NCBI GenBank assembly: GCA_000002445.1
Contig: CM000208.1
Span: forward strand, 128,001 to 192,000
Reading direction: 5' to 3'
From: Trypanosoma brucei
Taxonomy: Eukaryota
Length of the DNA stretch: 64,000 bases
The translations under genes and the position numbers were made by a program. Positions 32,507 to 43,891 of this stretch are shown here, piece by piece; position 1 is the stretch's first letter; the number at the start of each line of letters is the position of its first letter. The notes under the pieces are model-generated. The model saw only the letters and a list, made by a program, of their open reading frames with translations. It ran no database searches and was not told where the DNA came from.

Positions 32507-35500
32507 CATATTTTTGCTTTACCACGGCGGTAATGGGAAAGAATTCGGGAGAATCATATTGGACGGTTATCAATGCAACGCTATGTGTATGCATGGGGGC
32601 GTTAGAAAAACAAAAAGAAAACCAAAAATAAAAGAAAAAAAACAGGTTTAGCGACATATCTGCGCCGTGCAGCGGGGAAGGTAATGGGGTTATTTGTGGC
32701 AAAAGTGTGCTGAGCCGCGTGAATATGGGGGGTGGTGGTGGTGAAGAAATAAAGGAAAAAAAAAGGGTGCAAATCCATCATTGGAAATGTAAGGTGTGGG
32801 AGGGCGGCAGACGACAGGAATCCGAAAGTTGTGGAATGAGTCACCGGCAGCTGGAAACTTGAGTCTGTCATTGTGTTAACGTAGGGGTAATGCACTTGAA
32901 GGTGGGAAAAAGAATATATATATATATATATATTTATACACATGCATACATATATGAGCGGAGCAGAAAAATCTGGAAAGGTGAAAGGGGGAGGAGGAAG
33001 ACGTCTTGTTTCCATTTTCTTTTTGTTTTCATTTTGTTTATTTGTTTGTTTTGGGTGATAGCGGTGCTGTGGTGAAGTTCTGTGATAATTCTCTACCAAA
33101 TTAAAAGCATTATTTTGTTTTCTATTAGTATTTCGTATGTTTGTGTTGAAGGCTTATTCCTTTGTTGGGGTTTCATGAGGGTCATAACCATTTTAAAGAA
33201 ATATGGAAGGACTAAATATGTGTACGTATGTATGTGTTTTTGATTGCTCGGGAGAATTCTTGTGGGAGGTGGAGTTTCTTTTTTTTTTTTTTTTGCTTTT
33301 TTCTTCTTTTTTTAGAAAAAAAAATGTTAGCTTCAAATCGTAAAAACTGGTACATCTTGGAGGTCATTATGAACCAATAATGATAGTAATATTGAAAGGA
33401 AAAGAAAGGTGGGGGAAAGGGGGGAATTGCTTTTACCGTCAGGATATACGATTAGTGGAGAGTCGTATAAACAAAAAAGTTGTGTCTAATCTTTCTGTAT
33501 GCGTGCTTGTGTTTGTGTGTGTACATGGATGTGTATGTGTATGTGCAAATGTTGGCGATGGTCGGTGGATTTATCAATGTTTATATGTGTGTTTGTATAT
33601 CTTTTCTTTTTTTTTTCTTTTAGGTTTTGCCGCTACCATTTTGCTTTTTTTTTGTTTTACTTTTTGTTTCTTTTGTTTTCTTTAACTTCCACCTTTGTCG
33701 TCGTCATAATCATCACTACCACCATTAGGCGCTCCCCTTCGTTTTTTAAACACGCAGCTGATTGGTACACTTCTGTATTTAACTTTTCCTTCATTCCCGC
33801 ATTTACCAGTTTGTACCTGATTTTTTACTCTGTTTTTCTTTGTTTTGCTTTTATCCTTTTCATTTTTGTTTTATGGTGTTGTTGGTGGTTGCCTTTCATC
33901 CATTTAGTTTTTTGCCACTAACTTGTCTTCCTTTAAGAACAAAAAAACTATTTCCCCCTCATTTAGCCTCTTCTTTTTCTTTTTTGCCCTTTTTTGTCGC
34001 TGCGTTTGTGATTTTTTTTTTAAACCCCCACTTTTCCGTTTCCTCTTCTCCTCTTTCTCTAATACCTTTCCCTTCTTTTGAGTGTTTTACAGTGAATCCG
34101 TTCGTTTTTGCTCAAATTATTTTACTTTTGTCCCGCAATTTTTTCTTGTTTCGCAGGAACGAATTTATAACACCGTTCATGGACTTGTTTGCATTTGTGA
34201 ACTTATAGTACCGTCGGATTTACTGTTACCCTTCACCTATTTTCCTGTTAAGTATAAATATATAATATATATATATATATGTACATATATATTTACATGC
34301 ATATATTTATGTAAACTGTGAAAATAGGGTTGGTTATTAGTTTCCACTATTTTCACACGCATATGCGTATGTATGTGTGTTTGTAAAGGAGGGGTAAGGT
34401 AGAAGAGAAAACAATGAGAGAGGTGTGAAATGTGCTTAACTTTTGATTTGAGTTATTTCATTTCGCATAAATGGAGGACGATTTTTCTTTTCTTTTTTTC
34501 TTCCTGTTGTATGAAAGCGCGTGAGAGTGAGGAAAAAGAGGGGAAGAAGGAATAAACAAACGGGCGAATGAATTTTGGCAACAGTAACGCTGGTGAATGA
34601 TTAAGGAAGGAAATATTTTGCTGCTTTTTACGGGATGATGAATGATACGGGTGAGCACCTCTTCCAGCAGCACCTGTTTTGTTTTGTTGTTGCTTTTTTT
34701 TTTTTTTTACAAGAGAGAAAAAGAACAGAAAGTGGAAGGAAAAATGAAGGATTAACGTAGGAACAAAGAGGAATAACATTTGAGATATTTGTATTGGATG
34801 TTGTACCTTTTCCATACCTCATTCGCATGCAGTTGAGGTGTTTCTTGCGGCTGGGGGTAGGTGTAATTTTTTTTTTAATAATAATAATAATTATTATTAT
34901 TATTTATCTTGCGTTTATTACCTGCCAGACACGGCGATATGTTTCTCATTTTCCATTGGCTAAAATGTCCGTGTATTTCCTTCTCCACATGTTCCCTTAC
35001 CCTCTTTTTTTTGTTGTTATCTTACCTTTACACACTTAATTTATTGTTATAATGTAGCGGCGCCTTCTCCTCGTTTGTTTGTTTATTTTTATTTTTGGTC
35101 CTCCTCCGGGTGTTGCTGCAGCCTCATGAGTTTTATATTTAAGTACTTTCAGCGAGGCGCTTCTGGTTTTTGCCAACGCCTTTATATGAAATACAATGTG
35201 CTTTATTGTATAGAGAGAGAGAGAGTAGTCCTCGCGCTAATGCACTTCACCATAGCAATCTTGTTCCACTCTTCCCATCGTCAATCAGATAGCTAGTATT
35301 TAAAAAAAAATAAAAATAATAAAACTTGAGTCAAGACAATGTGAAGGTGATGAACGAACGCACATGCAACTGCAGCTTTAAACTGCAGGGTTGTGTTGCT
35401 CGTTTGCGCTTTCTGGTTTGATACGCTGCTTACGAGTTACTCATAATATATTTTAACATAATTCCATCTCACTCCTGTTTTTCTCCCCCTTCTTTTTTCT

Positions 35501-35743
35501 CTCCTCCTACATTCGTTTACGAACACACAGCGGTACTCTTTTAGGTTCAGCTCGGTAATATATATATATATATATATATTACCTGTGTACACCCAATTGA
35601 TTGTATTTGGGTGACGAGGCAGCGCTTCTTAGCGCCCGACTAGGGGAAAAGGGGGCGGATACGATATAGCAGGGAAAAGGTAAAAGAGGGAAAAGTAAGA
35701 AATTAGTGGAAAATAAAGGTAAAGGGATAAAAACTTGTACCAA

Positions 35744-37348
35744 ATGGAGTTTCCGCAAGTCACATGTGATGATGTGAATGCTCTCGTTCAAATGTGTTCA
35801 ATACCGCACGAGACGGCCATCACGTCGCTTAAGCAATGCTCGTCAAGTTTATTTGTGCTTCTCTATCAGCGGTTGTTCAACTGTACAATCGTGGGCATCG
35901 AGAGCTCTCCCTATACTGTGGAGCAGAAGAAATGGAACGTGAAGTGTGTTCTGAATGAATTGTGTGCCAAATGCGGTATGAATGTTGAAGGGATCGACGC
36001 TGAGAAAATTGTCCAACTCAATGAAGAGCACATTAGTCGCCTTATCGCACTTTTCCTTGAAATTGCAAACCGCATGAGTATCCATACCGGCGCCGGGCGC
36101 GGTGCGCTGCCTGTTGGCGCAGGTTTAACTGCTCCCACACCATTTCCAGCCGCTGCACTGCGACCCAAGTTGGCTGAAGTTCCACGTGATCCCGCGGAAG
36201 ATGGGACTTGGTATCCTCCAGCTGCTGCAACACATGTATTACCTACACATTTGATGAGACCCGTCCACGCGGCAGAGGGTCATATGAGAGCTGCTGTTCA
36301 GGCATATTTGCATCACAATGAATCCTCTTATCGAGGGCATCACGACTCTGCTCAACTTGGGGATGCAGTGGACAGTGCGCATGAAAAACATAAGGACAAC
36401 CACGACTCTATGAGAAGTGGCAGAAAGTTTTATGCCGATGTAGTTGAAGCTGAGATGTCCGTGTCCGATGTTGCGAATAGCGGTGACGATGACAAGGCAA
36501 CTTTGTTAGATGAAGAGGATGATGGTGGAAGCGGCGGGAGTTTTGTAAACACGGAGGAAAAGGAGATTCCCACAAGTCAACTCGTAGAGGTGTGGAGCGC
36601 TCAAGTCATTCCACCGAAGCGACATATCGGCATGGGAGACTCCCCAGACCTAACGGAATTACGTGGCCAACTAACCGCTATGGACAAGTGCTTACGGAGA
36701 GGAGAACAACGAAGGGTTCGGCTCCGCCACCAACAACGTCAGCAAAGCGCGGCTCAAAACCAGCGAGGTCATATGGATCCGGTTAGTGATGGTGTCAGTG
36801 CTCAAATGTGGCGTGACAGGCGCGCAATAGCTTCAGCCTTCTTGCCCCATGGCCTCAATGTTGATACCATTAAAGGAAACAAATTTTATGAGAAGCAACC
36901 GAGGCGGATGATCGACTATGAGCGTAGAAATGAGAAGATTGAAATGCTCCGTTCGGTAAGGTTTATTGATGAATTAGAGAGGGAAGTCGGTCGCAAGATG
37001 GTGCAGCAGCATCGAGATACTACAATGAAGCTTCGGGAGGAAGTTAAAGCCGCATTGGAACGGGATCGACAAGAGGTTTTGGAGCGAAGAAGGCTTATTC
37101 GTGAAGAGGATCAAAAATACCGCAACGCGTACACCGCAATTCTCACTGCTGCCAGTAATGATTTACGTATGACCAAGGTACTGATGCTAGAGCGAATGCA
37201 ACATCTTGCTCAGCAACATGCCCTTTCATTACGAGAAAGTCGCCGTATGTGTCAACTTCTTAAGCGGGAGAGTAAAGAGCGGGTTCGTCATGACCTCCTC
37301 CGCTACGCAAGTGCCGTGACGGAGTGGCAATCACATTTTGTTATCTAA
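35744..37348 (+). CDS. Conserved hypothetical coiled-coil protein (possible CH-like N-terminal domain)
   Basis: The track start 35735 is TTG; the first ATG is 35744. The N-terminal 110 aa are globular (SLFVLLYQRLF..., possibly DUF1042/CH-like). The C-terminal 200 aa are charged heptad-like coiled coil (ERRNEKIEMLRSVRFIDELEREVGRKMVQQHRD...). Confidence 0.55.
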   Translation: MEFPQVTCDDVNALVQMCSIPHETAITSLKQCSSSLFVLLYQRLFNCTIVGIESSPYTVEQKKWNVKCVLNELCAKCGMNVEGIDAEKIVQLNEEHISRLIALFLEIANRMSIHTGAGRGALPVGAGLTAPTPFPAAALRPKLAEVPRDPAEDGTWYPPAAATHVLPTHLMRPVHAAEGHMRAAVQAYLHHNESSYRGHHDSAQLGDAVDSAHEKHKDNHDSMRSGRKFYADVVEAEMSVSDVANSGDDDKATLLDEEDDGGSGGSFVNTEEKEIPTSQLVEVWSAQVIPPKRHIGMGDSPDLTELRGQLTAMDKCLRRGEQRRVRLRHQQRQQSAAQNQRGHMDPVSDGVSAQMWRDRRAIASAFLPHGLNVDTIKGNKFYEKQPRRMIDYERRNEKIEMLRSVRFIDELEREVGRKMVQQHRDTTMKLREEVKAALERDRQEVLERRRLIREEDQKYRNAYTAILTAASNDLRMTKVLMLERMQHLAQQHALSLRESRRMCQLLKRESKERVRHDLLRYASAVTEWQSHFVI

Positions 37349-37388
37349 AGGAATAAATGGAAGTGAATTTGAAAAATGGTGTACCGGT

Positions 37389-37408
37389 GGGTGGGGGGTG
37401 GGGTGGGG
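37389..37408 (+). repeat. G-quadruplex-forming motif G3-T-G6-T-G4-T-G4 on the sense strand, about 40 nt downstream of the 35744-37348 stop codon
   Basis: The sequence is gggtggggggtggggtgggg: four G runs of at least 3 with 1-nt loops. Confidence 0.7.
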
Positions 37409-39063
37409 TGGAGGCGCAGGCGAAATGAAGAACACCAATACAATAAATAAATAAATGAATAGATACAGTAGCACAACAAAAGAAAATAACTTAAAATGAA
37501 TGAAGGAGAGAGAAGGGAGGGGGAAAAAAAGTAACGTGAGGAAAAGGTGGGTCAGCAAGAAGGTAGTGAAAAGAGCATGTAGATGCTATGGGCATCAACT
37601 GGGGACGAAAGGAGGTAAACTGTGGTTAACAACCCTGTTTGGAGGAAAGGGAATTAATGGTATTCTTAAATTCCACTAAAATTTCCCCTCCCGCTTCGCA
37701 TTCGCAGTTGCGTGTTCGTTGATACGCATGTGCGCATACTTTTTTTTCTTTTGTTTTTGTTAAATTATACATTTGGTTGCGGTGTGTCAGTGTGGTTTCC
37801 ACCACGCAGGAAATTGTGACGTTTTTTTTTGTTTTTGCGTGTGTCCGTGAATGCCTGATTACGTTTCAGTTTGGTTGCAGCTTAGTTCCCTACTTACTGG
37901 TACTGCGCACATGCGTTTTTTTTCTCATTTTTTCTTCCTTCAACATTGGTTCATTATTTCCACCCTGGTAAATATTTGTTTGTTTTTCTTTTCTTTGTTT
38001 ATTAACAGTAATTTATTTTTCCTGTTTTAAAGAGAAATTGAGGTGAGAAGAAAAGTGGAGGGAAAAGAAAACAGAAGAATTACTTACATTTTGTTTTATT
38101 TATTTTATCTGTGCAGCCATTTTACAGTCATTTCGTAGTAGTTGCAACTGCACACATCTGCGATTGTAAAAGTTTTTTTTTGTTTTTTCTGTTGAAGTTC
38201 CTATTCCATGATATATTCTTGAACACCTCCAACCTCGTAGCGTCGCTGCGCATGACATTTCCCTTTTATTTTTCTTTTCTTTTATGCTGAAGCGGTGTCG
38301 TATTCACTGTGTAGACCGTGTTTTACAACGCAATAGTTAATTATAGACACACGCAGGGAAGTTTGCTTCTTTTTTTACTTTTTTACTTTTGTGTGTGTGT
38401 GTTTGGTTTGTTTGTTTGTTTGCTGCCACGTTGATGATGAATTGTGTCGTTATTGTTGGGAAGAAGAAGTGAATGAAGTCTGTGGAGCCGCTTTTTTCTT
38501 TTTTTTCTTTTTTTTTACGTATAAGTGTCAATCGACACTTTGAACAAATGTGTATGGGAGAAGGTACGAACCCATGGCTCGAAGGAGTGGGCAGAAGTGA
38601 ACAATGTGGTGAATGGGCGGCGGTTGTATGAAATGGCTTGTATACATGCATATGTTTTGTTTTATGTTTGTACGTCTTCGTGTTCCTCCCTGTGTTTTGT
38701 ATATTGGAGGATGCCTTTTGCTTGCCTCTATTTTTTTTCTTCTTTTAAAGATACTGTTCCCCCTCAAAGTCCTGCTGTGTTCATTCTTTTCTTGATTACG
38801 CGTATCGATAATGCGTTTTTAAGGAATGTTTTCACGACAAGCGCTTTCTCTCTTCCTTCTCGTTATCTTTGGCCCCTACCCTCGAACGAACTAATGTATA
38901 ATAATAACAAATAAAAACCAAAGAGAAGGGAACTCACGGCGTGGATATTAAAAAAAAAATAGCTGCACACTAGGGTAGCTGTGTGCAGTAATAGTTCCTT
39001 TAGTGGAGGATTCTACTGGCAGGTGGTGGTGCTACTGTCAGTTTGTAACGGTAAAAGACAGGA

Positions 39064-41037
39064 ATGTCGTACAAATATAGCAGTAGAGAATATTGTTCAC
39101 CTGTTTGTATGAGATGCGTGAAGTCGAATGGGGTACGAGGAAGTGTTGATACCGTGGGCGGGGATACGGGACGGTGCGAGTGTCACACTTCGATCGGGCA
39201 TCGACATAAATATTCAGTGGAGCGAAAGAACAATGCGGGTAGACAAACAACCTCCATATTGTCACCTGCACCATGCAGCGCCCGCGGTACTGCAACCGAT
39301 GCTCCTGCTGATCGCCAAAATGTTGACGGCCAGCGGCGTTCTTCATTTGCAAAACCCTCCCCAAATGACATAGTTTGGATCCCCACCTCTCAACTTCTTC
39401 CCCGTTTTCATGGCACTGACACCGGTGGAAGCAATGAAGAGGAGGAGTACTGCCCAGTGACGAAGTGGCCAAAACCGCAAGATATTCCGTTGCCGTCGAT
39501 GATTCCCCTCCCTTCCAGTGTTCTGCGCTCCCTTCCGCCGGAAAAGTCACAACCGCCATCACAATGGTCTTCCATCCCCGTAAATGAACAAACGATTAAG
39601 AAAAAGCGGGGATGTGACGGCCAGGGGTATGAAGTCGCGGAACGGCCCGTAGCACCAAGTGTGAGAGTAGAAGGGCATGTGTGTCCATGTGAAAAGCGCA
39701 TGTTACATACGTATCCGAGCAACCGCGAAACGGCAGAAACACATGAGGAGGCGGAGCAACAAAAGTGTGATGTAAAAGAATCTGAAGAAGAACCGGCCAA
39801 TATCAACAACAACAACAACACTCCGGGACAATATATTAATGAGTGCTGTGACTCTGATGAAACTCAAAAGTATGACAGCGTACAGATGTGGTGCCAGTCA
39901 CTTCGGCAACCGACTCGTCGGTGTGAGCAGCCACCACCGCGTTCAAGAAAATCGAGTGCTTCCCCTACAGCCGAGGGGTTTGCGGCTTGTGGCACCTCTC
40001 AGCACAGATGTACGGCAACTCATCCAGACGGTTCTTGCGAGAGGCGACGAGATTCGGAGTTGCGTGGCGGTAGTGGCGCTCGCGAGAATTCTTTACATCC
40101 TCCTCGGAAGAGCGTGGATAGCAAGGTTTCGAGGGGAACAAACAACATTCACGCAAGAAAATCTGAAACACGTAAATTGCGTGAGGTTGTGAATGTTAGA
40201 ACCACGTCTTCTAATTCAGATACGGCTTCGGTGAGAAGTGAGCCGGAGGAGGTTTCCAGAGATAGGGAAGAGAGGTTTCGGGTGCACCTGACAAACATGG
40301 ATGAGTTGTATCGACATCTACTGAGCAGATACGATGAGTTCCAGAAAGATCATGCGGATTTCTTGGAAAAAAATGGCAGCTCGAGACGGGTTGTGGATGA
40401 ACAAACTGCGCATCCACAGAAACTTTCCATAAAGAAGGACACGGTTGACTTAGTAGATGACATACCCCCATTACCTGAACGCGGGTACTCGGGTAAGTTA
40501 TATCCGCTTTCTGAAGACTCTCAGAAACTTCAAGAGCAGTTGATTAGCCTGGAGACGCGGTGGAAACAAACTGGAAGACCTAAAAAAGGAGGCGCGGAGG
40601 AACGAATGTGGGGTCTGGCTGAAACTGCAGTGAATGCAGAAAGGGACCGGAAGCAAACGCGACCACTGGCACGGCGCACAAAGACTCTCTCCGCCGATCG
40701 GAAATTTTCCAGCGGTCGAACATATGTGGTGAAAAAAGCAGAAAGTAAAGAATCAAGGGGTAGAACTCAGAGTGTGAAGCGTGTTCCAACTGATTCTAAA
40801 ATTGTCGGAACCACAAGGCACATGTCTCCTCAGGGTGGTGCACGGCGCCGTGACGTCTCTCCACAGTTGGTCTACAACTTCCTCGCTGCTCAGAAAGACA
40901 AAAATAGTGAGGAAAACGACGGCAACGGTGAGTGTGTAAGCGACAGTAGGGGTAGACACTTGGATTTCACTAGGGAACAAGTTCTCCACCTAGTTCGTGA
41001 ACGAAAGATGTTATTTAGTCGTGAAGAGAAAAAATGA
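39064..41037 (+). CDS. Hypothetical low-complexity (Ser/Arg/Glu-rich, likely disordered) protein
   Basis: 657 aa with ATG start. Same strand and context as its neighbours. Basic and Ser-rich throughout; no domain recognised. Confidence 0.5.
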   Translation: MSYKYSSREYCSPVCMRCVKSNGVRGSVDTVGGDTGRCECHTSIGHRHKYSVERKNNAGRQTTSILSPAPCSARGTATDAPADRQNVDGQRRSSFAKPSPNDIVWIPTSQLLPRFHGTDTGGSNEEEEYCPVTKWPKPQDIPLPSMIPLPSSVLRSLPPEKSQPPSQWSSIPVNEQTIKKKRGCDGQGYEVAERPVAPSVRVEGHVCPCEKRMLHTYPSNRETAETHEEAEQQKCDVKESEEEPANINNNNNTPGQYINECCDSDETQKYDSVQMWCQSLRQPTRRCEQPPPRSRKSSASPTAEGFAACGTSQHRCTATHPDGSCERRRDSELRGGSGARENSLHPPRKSVDSKVSRGTNNIHARKSETRKLREVVNVRTTSSNSDTASVRSEPEEVSRDREERFRVHLTNMDELYRHLLSRYDEFQKDHADFLEKNGSSRRVVDEQTAHPQKLSIKKDTVDLVDDIPPLPERGYSGKLYPLSEDSQKLQEQLISLETRWKQTGRPKKGGAEERMWGLAETAVNAERDRKQTRPLARRTKTLSADRKFSSGRTYVVKKAESKESRGRTQSVKRVPTDSKIVGTTRHMSPQGGARRRDVSPQLVYNFLAAQKDKNSEENDGNGECVSDSRGRHLDFTREQVLHLVRERKMLFSREEKK

Positions 41038-41480
41038 TTTTTGTACCATTATTGTTATTACTGTTATTATTATTGTTATTGTTGTTGTTGCCATTAGTAG
41101 TTATGGCCTATGCAGCACGCTTTTCGTTTTGTTTTGCTCATTGATGGAAAAGATCAAATAAAGAAATGAACACGCGGGTAAGATTAGAGCCGTACTCTTG
41201 TTTTGGGGAGGGATCAACCGTATCTGCCAGGAGAATATCACGGCAGCAAGAGGTGAAGCAGTACACGGATGGTTGATGTTTTTGTGTTTTACTCTTTTGC
41301 TTTGTTTTGCTTGTTAGTGGCCTTTGCATTTTATCAAACTGGTACCCCTCTGCCTATATGCCCAAGCAACCTGCTAGTTTGCGGAGTTTTTCTCTTACCA
41401 TCATCATCATCACAATTATTATCGTTGAATCGCGTTAGCTCCCTCCTCCATTTTTTTTAAATACTGCTGTTGGTACGTAT

Positions 41481-41517
41481 ATCCGCTTCTCATTGTGTTA
41501 TCTTCTTTTCTCCCGAG
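41481..41517 (+). promoter_or_regulatory. Polypyrimidine tract plus AG (candidate spliced-leader acceptor) immediately upstream of PRMT5 ATG 41537
   Basis: atccgcttctcattgtgttatcttcttttctcccgAG. The track's GTG start (41495) lies within this tract. Confidence 0.45.
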
Positions 41518-41536
41518 TGAGGAACAGCCGCACGAA

Positions 41537-43891
41537 ATGAAGCCATGTGTTTCCGCTGCAGCTCCTGCGGATTGGCCGGTTGCCAGCGATGAACAAAAAC
41601 CATCGCGACCGGAGACAGCAATGGAGCACGACGAGGAAACGCGGGGGTGTTCGTCTTCTTCTGTGAGACTTCAGGGCTATGGAGTGAGCGGTGCGGGATC
41701 CTTAATGGACTCCATGAGGCAGCGGGAGATGAGTGGCTCGGCTTTTTTTATGTTTTCCCTAGATGGTGTAAACACCGATGACCCACTCGCAGGTAATGTG
41801 TCTCCCCTTGCGGCGTTGTGTCCTGCAGGGCAATACTCGAAAGAGTCTCAACACTGGTTTTGGAAGGTGCTGTCTAACACGTCATCATGGGGCATGACTG
41901 CTTGCGGTAGCGTGTCGTACTCATCGTGGGCCGACCCCAAATCCGTGCGATGTATTGAAGGTCAACTTCGTTTAGGGGCATTTTTAGGTATACACGCAGT
42001 TGTTGTACCCCTTCCTGATTTCGATGAGGAAGATCCCCAGTGCTCTGAGAAACTTAAAGCGGCTGCGCTTGTAATCTCCAAGCATTTGCAGCACTCACAA
42101 ACAACAAACGTTTGGGTACGCTGCGACGCTTCACGCCAAGCTGATCGTGTGGCTTTTTCGCGCCTTCGTACATTTGTTCTTTGGGGTGGGGAAAATCCAC
42201 CCACCGCTGAAGAAGCACCGCACCGAGTCGTTCGTCCGGCTCCTTACAGGATTGTAGCGTTTCTGAACTTTTCCGAAACGTTTGGTGCGATACCATCAGA
42301 GTGGCTTGGGGAGTCCGTTGCCGCGTTTGAACTTCCCAACGCTGAAAAGCTAAGGCGTGCGTTAAGCGCATCCGATTGCGGACGGCATATGAAACTTCCA
42401 AGTGACTTGATGCCACTGAAGGATTCTTACTGGGGCACTGCCCAACCGATGTTCGTTTCCCTAGCCACGTTCGTTGTTGAGCTGTTGCGCCGACGAGCAG
42501 CTCCAGTTTTTGCGATGGAGGAATTTGTTGATTCGTATCAATTGTTGAATACCTTGTACGAGATGCACGTAGCAGACGGGGGAAGAGATAAGTTTTTCGA
42601 CTACGAAGATGTCTTGCAACTTCCACTACAGCCTCTTGGACATATGCTTGCTAGTGGGGTGTATGAAGTGTTCGAACAAGATCGCACAAAATATCAACAG
42701 TACCACACTGCCATGAGCAAATATTTTAATGAGTGGTTGAACCACAGCGAAAGCCGCAGTCACGAGAAGATGTGGTTGCAAGGACCTAATCCCCGAGACG
42801 GTTGTGGTTGCAGCGCAATGGGAAGTGTGTATGTTGTGTTGCTTGGTGCTGGTCGGGGTCCATTGATCAGCGAGTGCTTGTGCGCTGCAACAGGTGTTGG
42901 GGTTCGCGTTCATTTATTTGTCGTAGAGAAAAATCCCGAGGCGTTGGAACTCGTGCGGCTGCGCGTGCGTGCTGATCCGCAGTGGCATGACTGGATGAAT
43001 TACTCTGGCCACGTAGTCGAAACAATTTATGCAGATGGCCGTAGTGTGTGGTCTGGAGAGGCTCCCGGAAGTGATGATCGGTTGCCGCCATACTGGGGTC
43101 TTTGTGATCTCGTTGTGTCCGAGTTACTTGGAAGTTTCGGCGACAATGAATTGAGTCCTGAGTGCCTTGATGATTTTTACTGCAATCTGTTGAGTTACCA
43201 AGAGTCGTCTGGGATCCCGTGTAATCCCTATCTGACGTCAATTCCACAGCAGTACACGGCATGGATTGCCCCACTGCATTCGGCGCGCATGGAGGAGTCG
43301 GTTGCAACTGCTGCTTTTGGAGGCCTCACAACTCCGCCAGCGGATTGCCACGACCGTCACGCCGCGTTGTACCACTCTATGTTTGTCAGCAACGTTTGCC
43401 GTGCGGTTGGATTGTGCCTCCCTCAACCTTGCTGGACGTTCCACCACTTCGCAACTAAAGTTCAATCGAAGGAACGAGAGGCAACACTTAACTTTACGTT
43501 GTCGGGAGATGGAAGGTTCAGTGGATTTATTTGCTACTTCTCCGCTGTGCTCTTTACTCCCGGGGACACGGGGAATGTTGAAGACAGCATCGCATTACTT
43601 TGCGCATCCGCTGGGTCGCTCTCCACCGTCCAGTACGGGCGCACTACTGGTTTATTTAGTTGGTTTCCTGCTTTTCTTCCTGTGGAGCCTCGTGATGTGG
43701 TGGAGGTGAAATGTGGAGATGAGCTGAGCATCCATCTGAAACGTTGTGTGGACGTTAAGAAAGGACGTGTATGGTACGAGTATGAAGCCTCAATTCTTGT
43801 GAAGGGACATCCAGATGGAAAATTTATGAAGCGGTTGACAAAGACGATGAATGCTGGCGGATGGGCGGGCCACATTTCTCTGCTGACGTGA
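41537..43891 (+). CDS. PRMT5: Protein arginine N-methyltransferase 5 (PRMT5/Skb1)
   Basis: The track start 41495 is GTG and lies inside the polyY tract; the first ATG is 41537, after the polyY-AG. Motifs: VVLLGAGRGPLI...VHLFVVEKNPEA (SAM-binding) and CDLVVSELLGSFGDNELSPECLDDF (the PRMT5 catalytic double-E loop region). An N-terminal TIM-barrel-like region is present. Confidence 0.88.
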   Translation: MKPCVSAAAPADWPVASDEQKPSRPETAMEHDEETRGCSSSSVRLQGYGVSGAGSLMDSMRQREMSGSAFFMFSLDGVNTDDPLAGNVSPLAALCPAGQYSKESQHWFWKVLSNTSSWGMTACGSVSYSSWADPKSVRCIEGQLRLGAFLGIHAVVVPLPDFDEEDPQCSEKLKAAALVISKHLQHSQTTNVWVRCDASRQADRVAFSRLRTFVLWGGENPPTAEEAPHRVVRPAPYRIVAFLNFSETFGAIPSEWLGESVAAFELPNAEKLRRALSASDCGRHMKLPSDLMPLKDSYWGTAQPMFVSLATFVVELLRRRAAPVFAMEEFVDSYQLLNTLYEMHVADGGRDKFFDYEDVLQLPLQPLGHMLASGVYEVFEQDRTKYQQYHTAMSKYFNEWLNHSESRSHEKMWLQGPNPRDGCGCSAMGSVYVVLLGAGRGPLISECLCAATGVGVRVHLFVVEKNPEALELVRLRVRADPQWHDWMNYSGHVVETIYADGRSVWSGEAPGSDDRLPPYWGLCDLVVSELLGSFGDNELSPECLDDFYCNLLSYQESSGIPCNPYLTSIPQQYTAWIAPLHSARMEESVATAAFGGLTTPPADCHDRHAALYHSMFVSNVCRAVGLCLPQPCWTFHHFATKVQSKEREATLNFTLSGDGRFSGFICYFSAVLFTPGDTGNVEDSIALLCASAGSLSTVQYGRTTGLFSWFPAFLPVEPRDVVEVKCGDELSIHLKRCVDVKKGRVWYEYEASILVKGHPDGKFMKRLTKTMNAGGWAGHISLLT

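Noticed and set aside
32721-32740. ggggggtggtggtggtg G-rich run as a second G4 candidate
   Set aside because: Only one G run is at least 3 long. The rest are GG doublets, so the predicted G4 stability is weak compared with 37389-37408.
42054-43307. Minus-strand ORFs of 190, 95 and 146 aa
   Set aside because: All are antisense to PRMT5.
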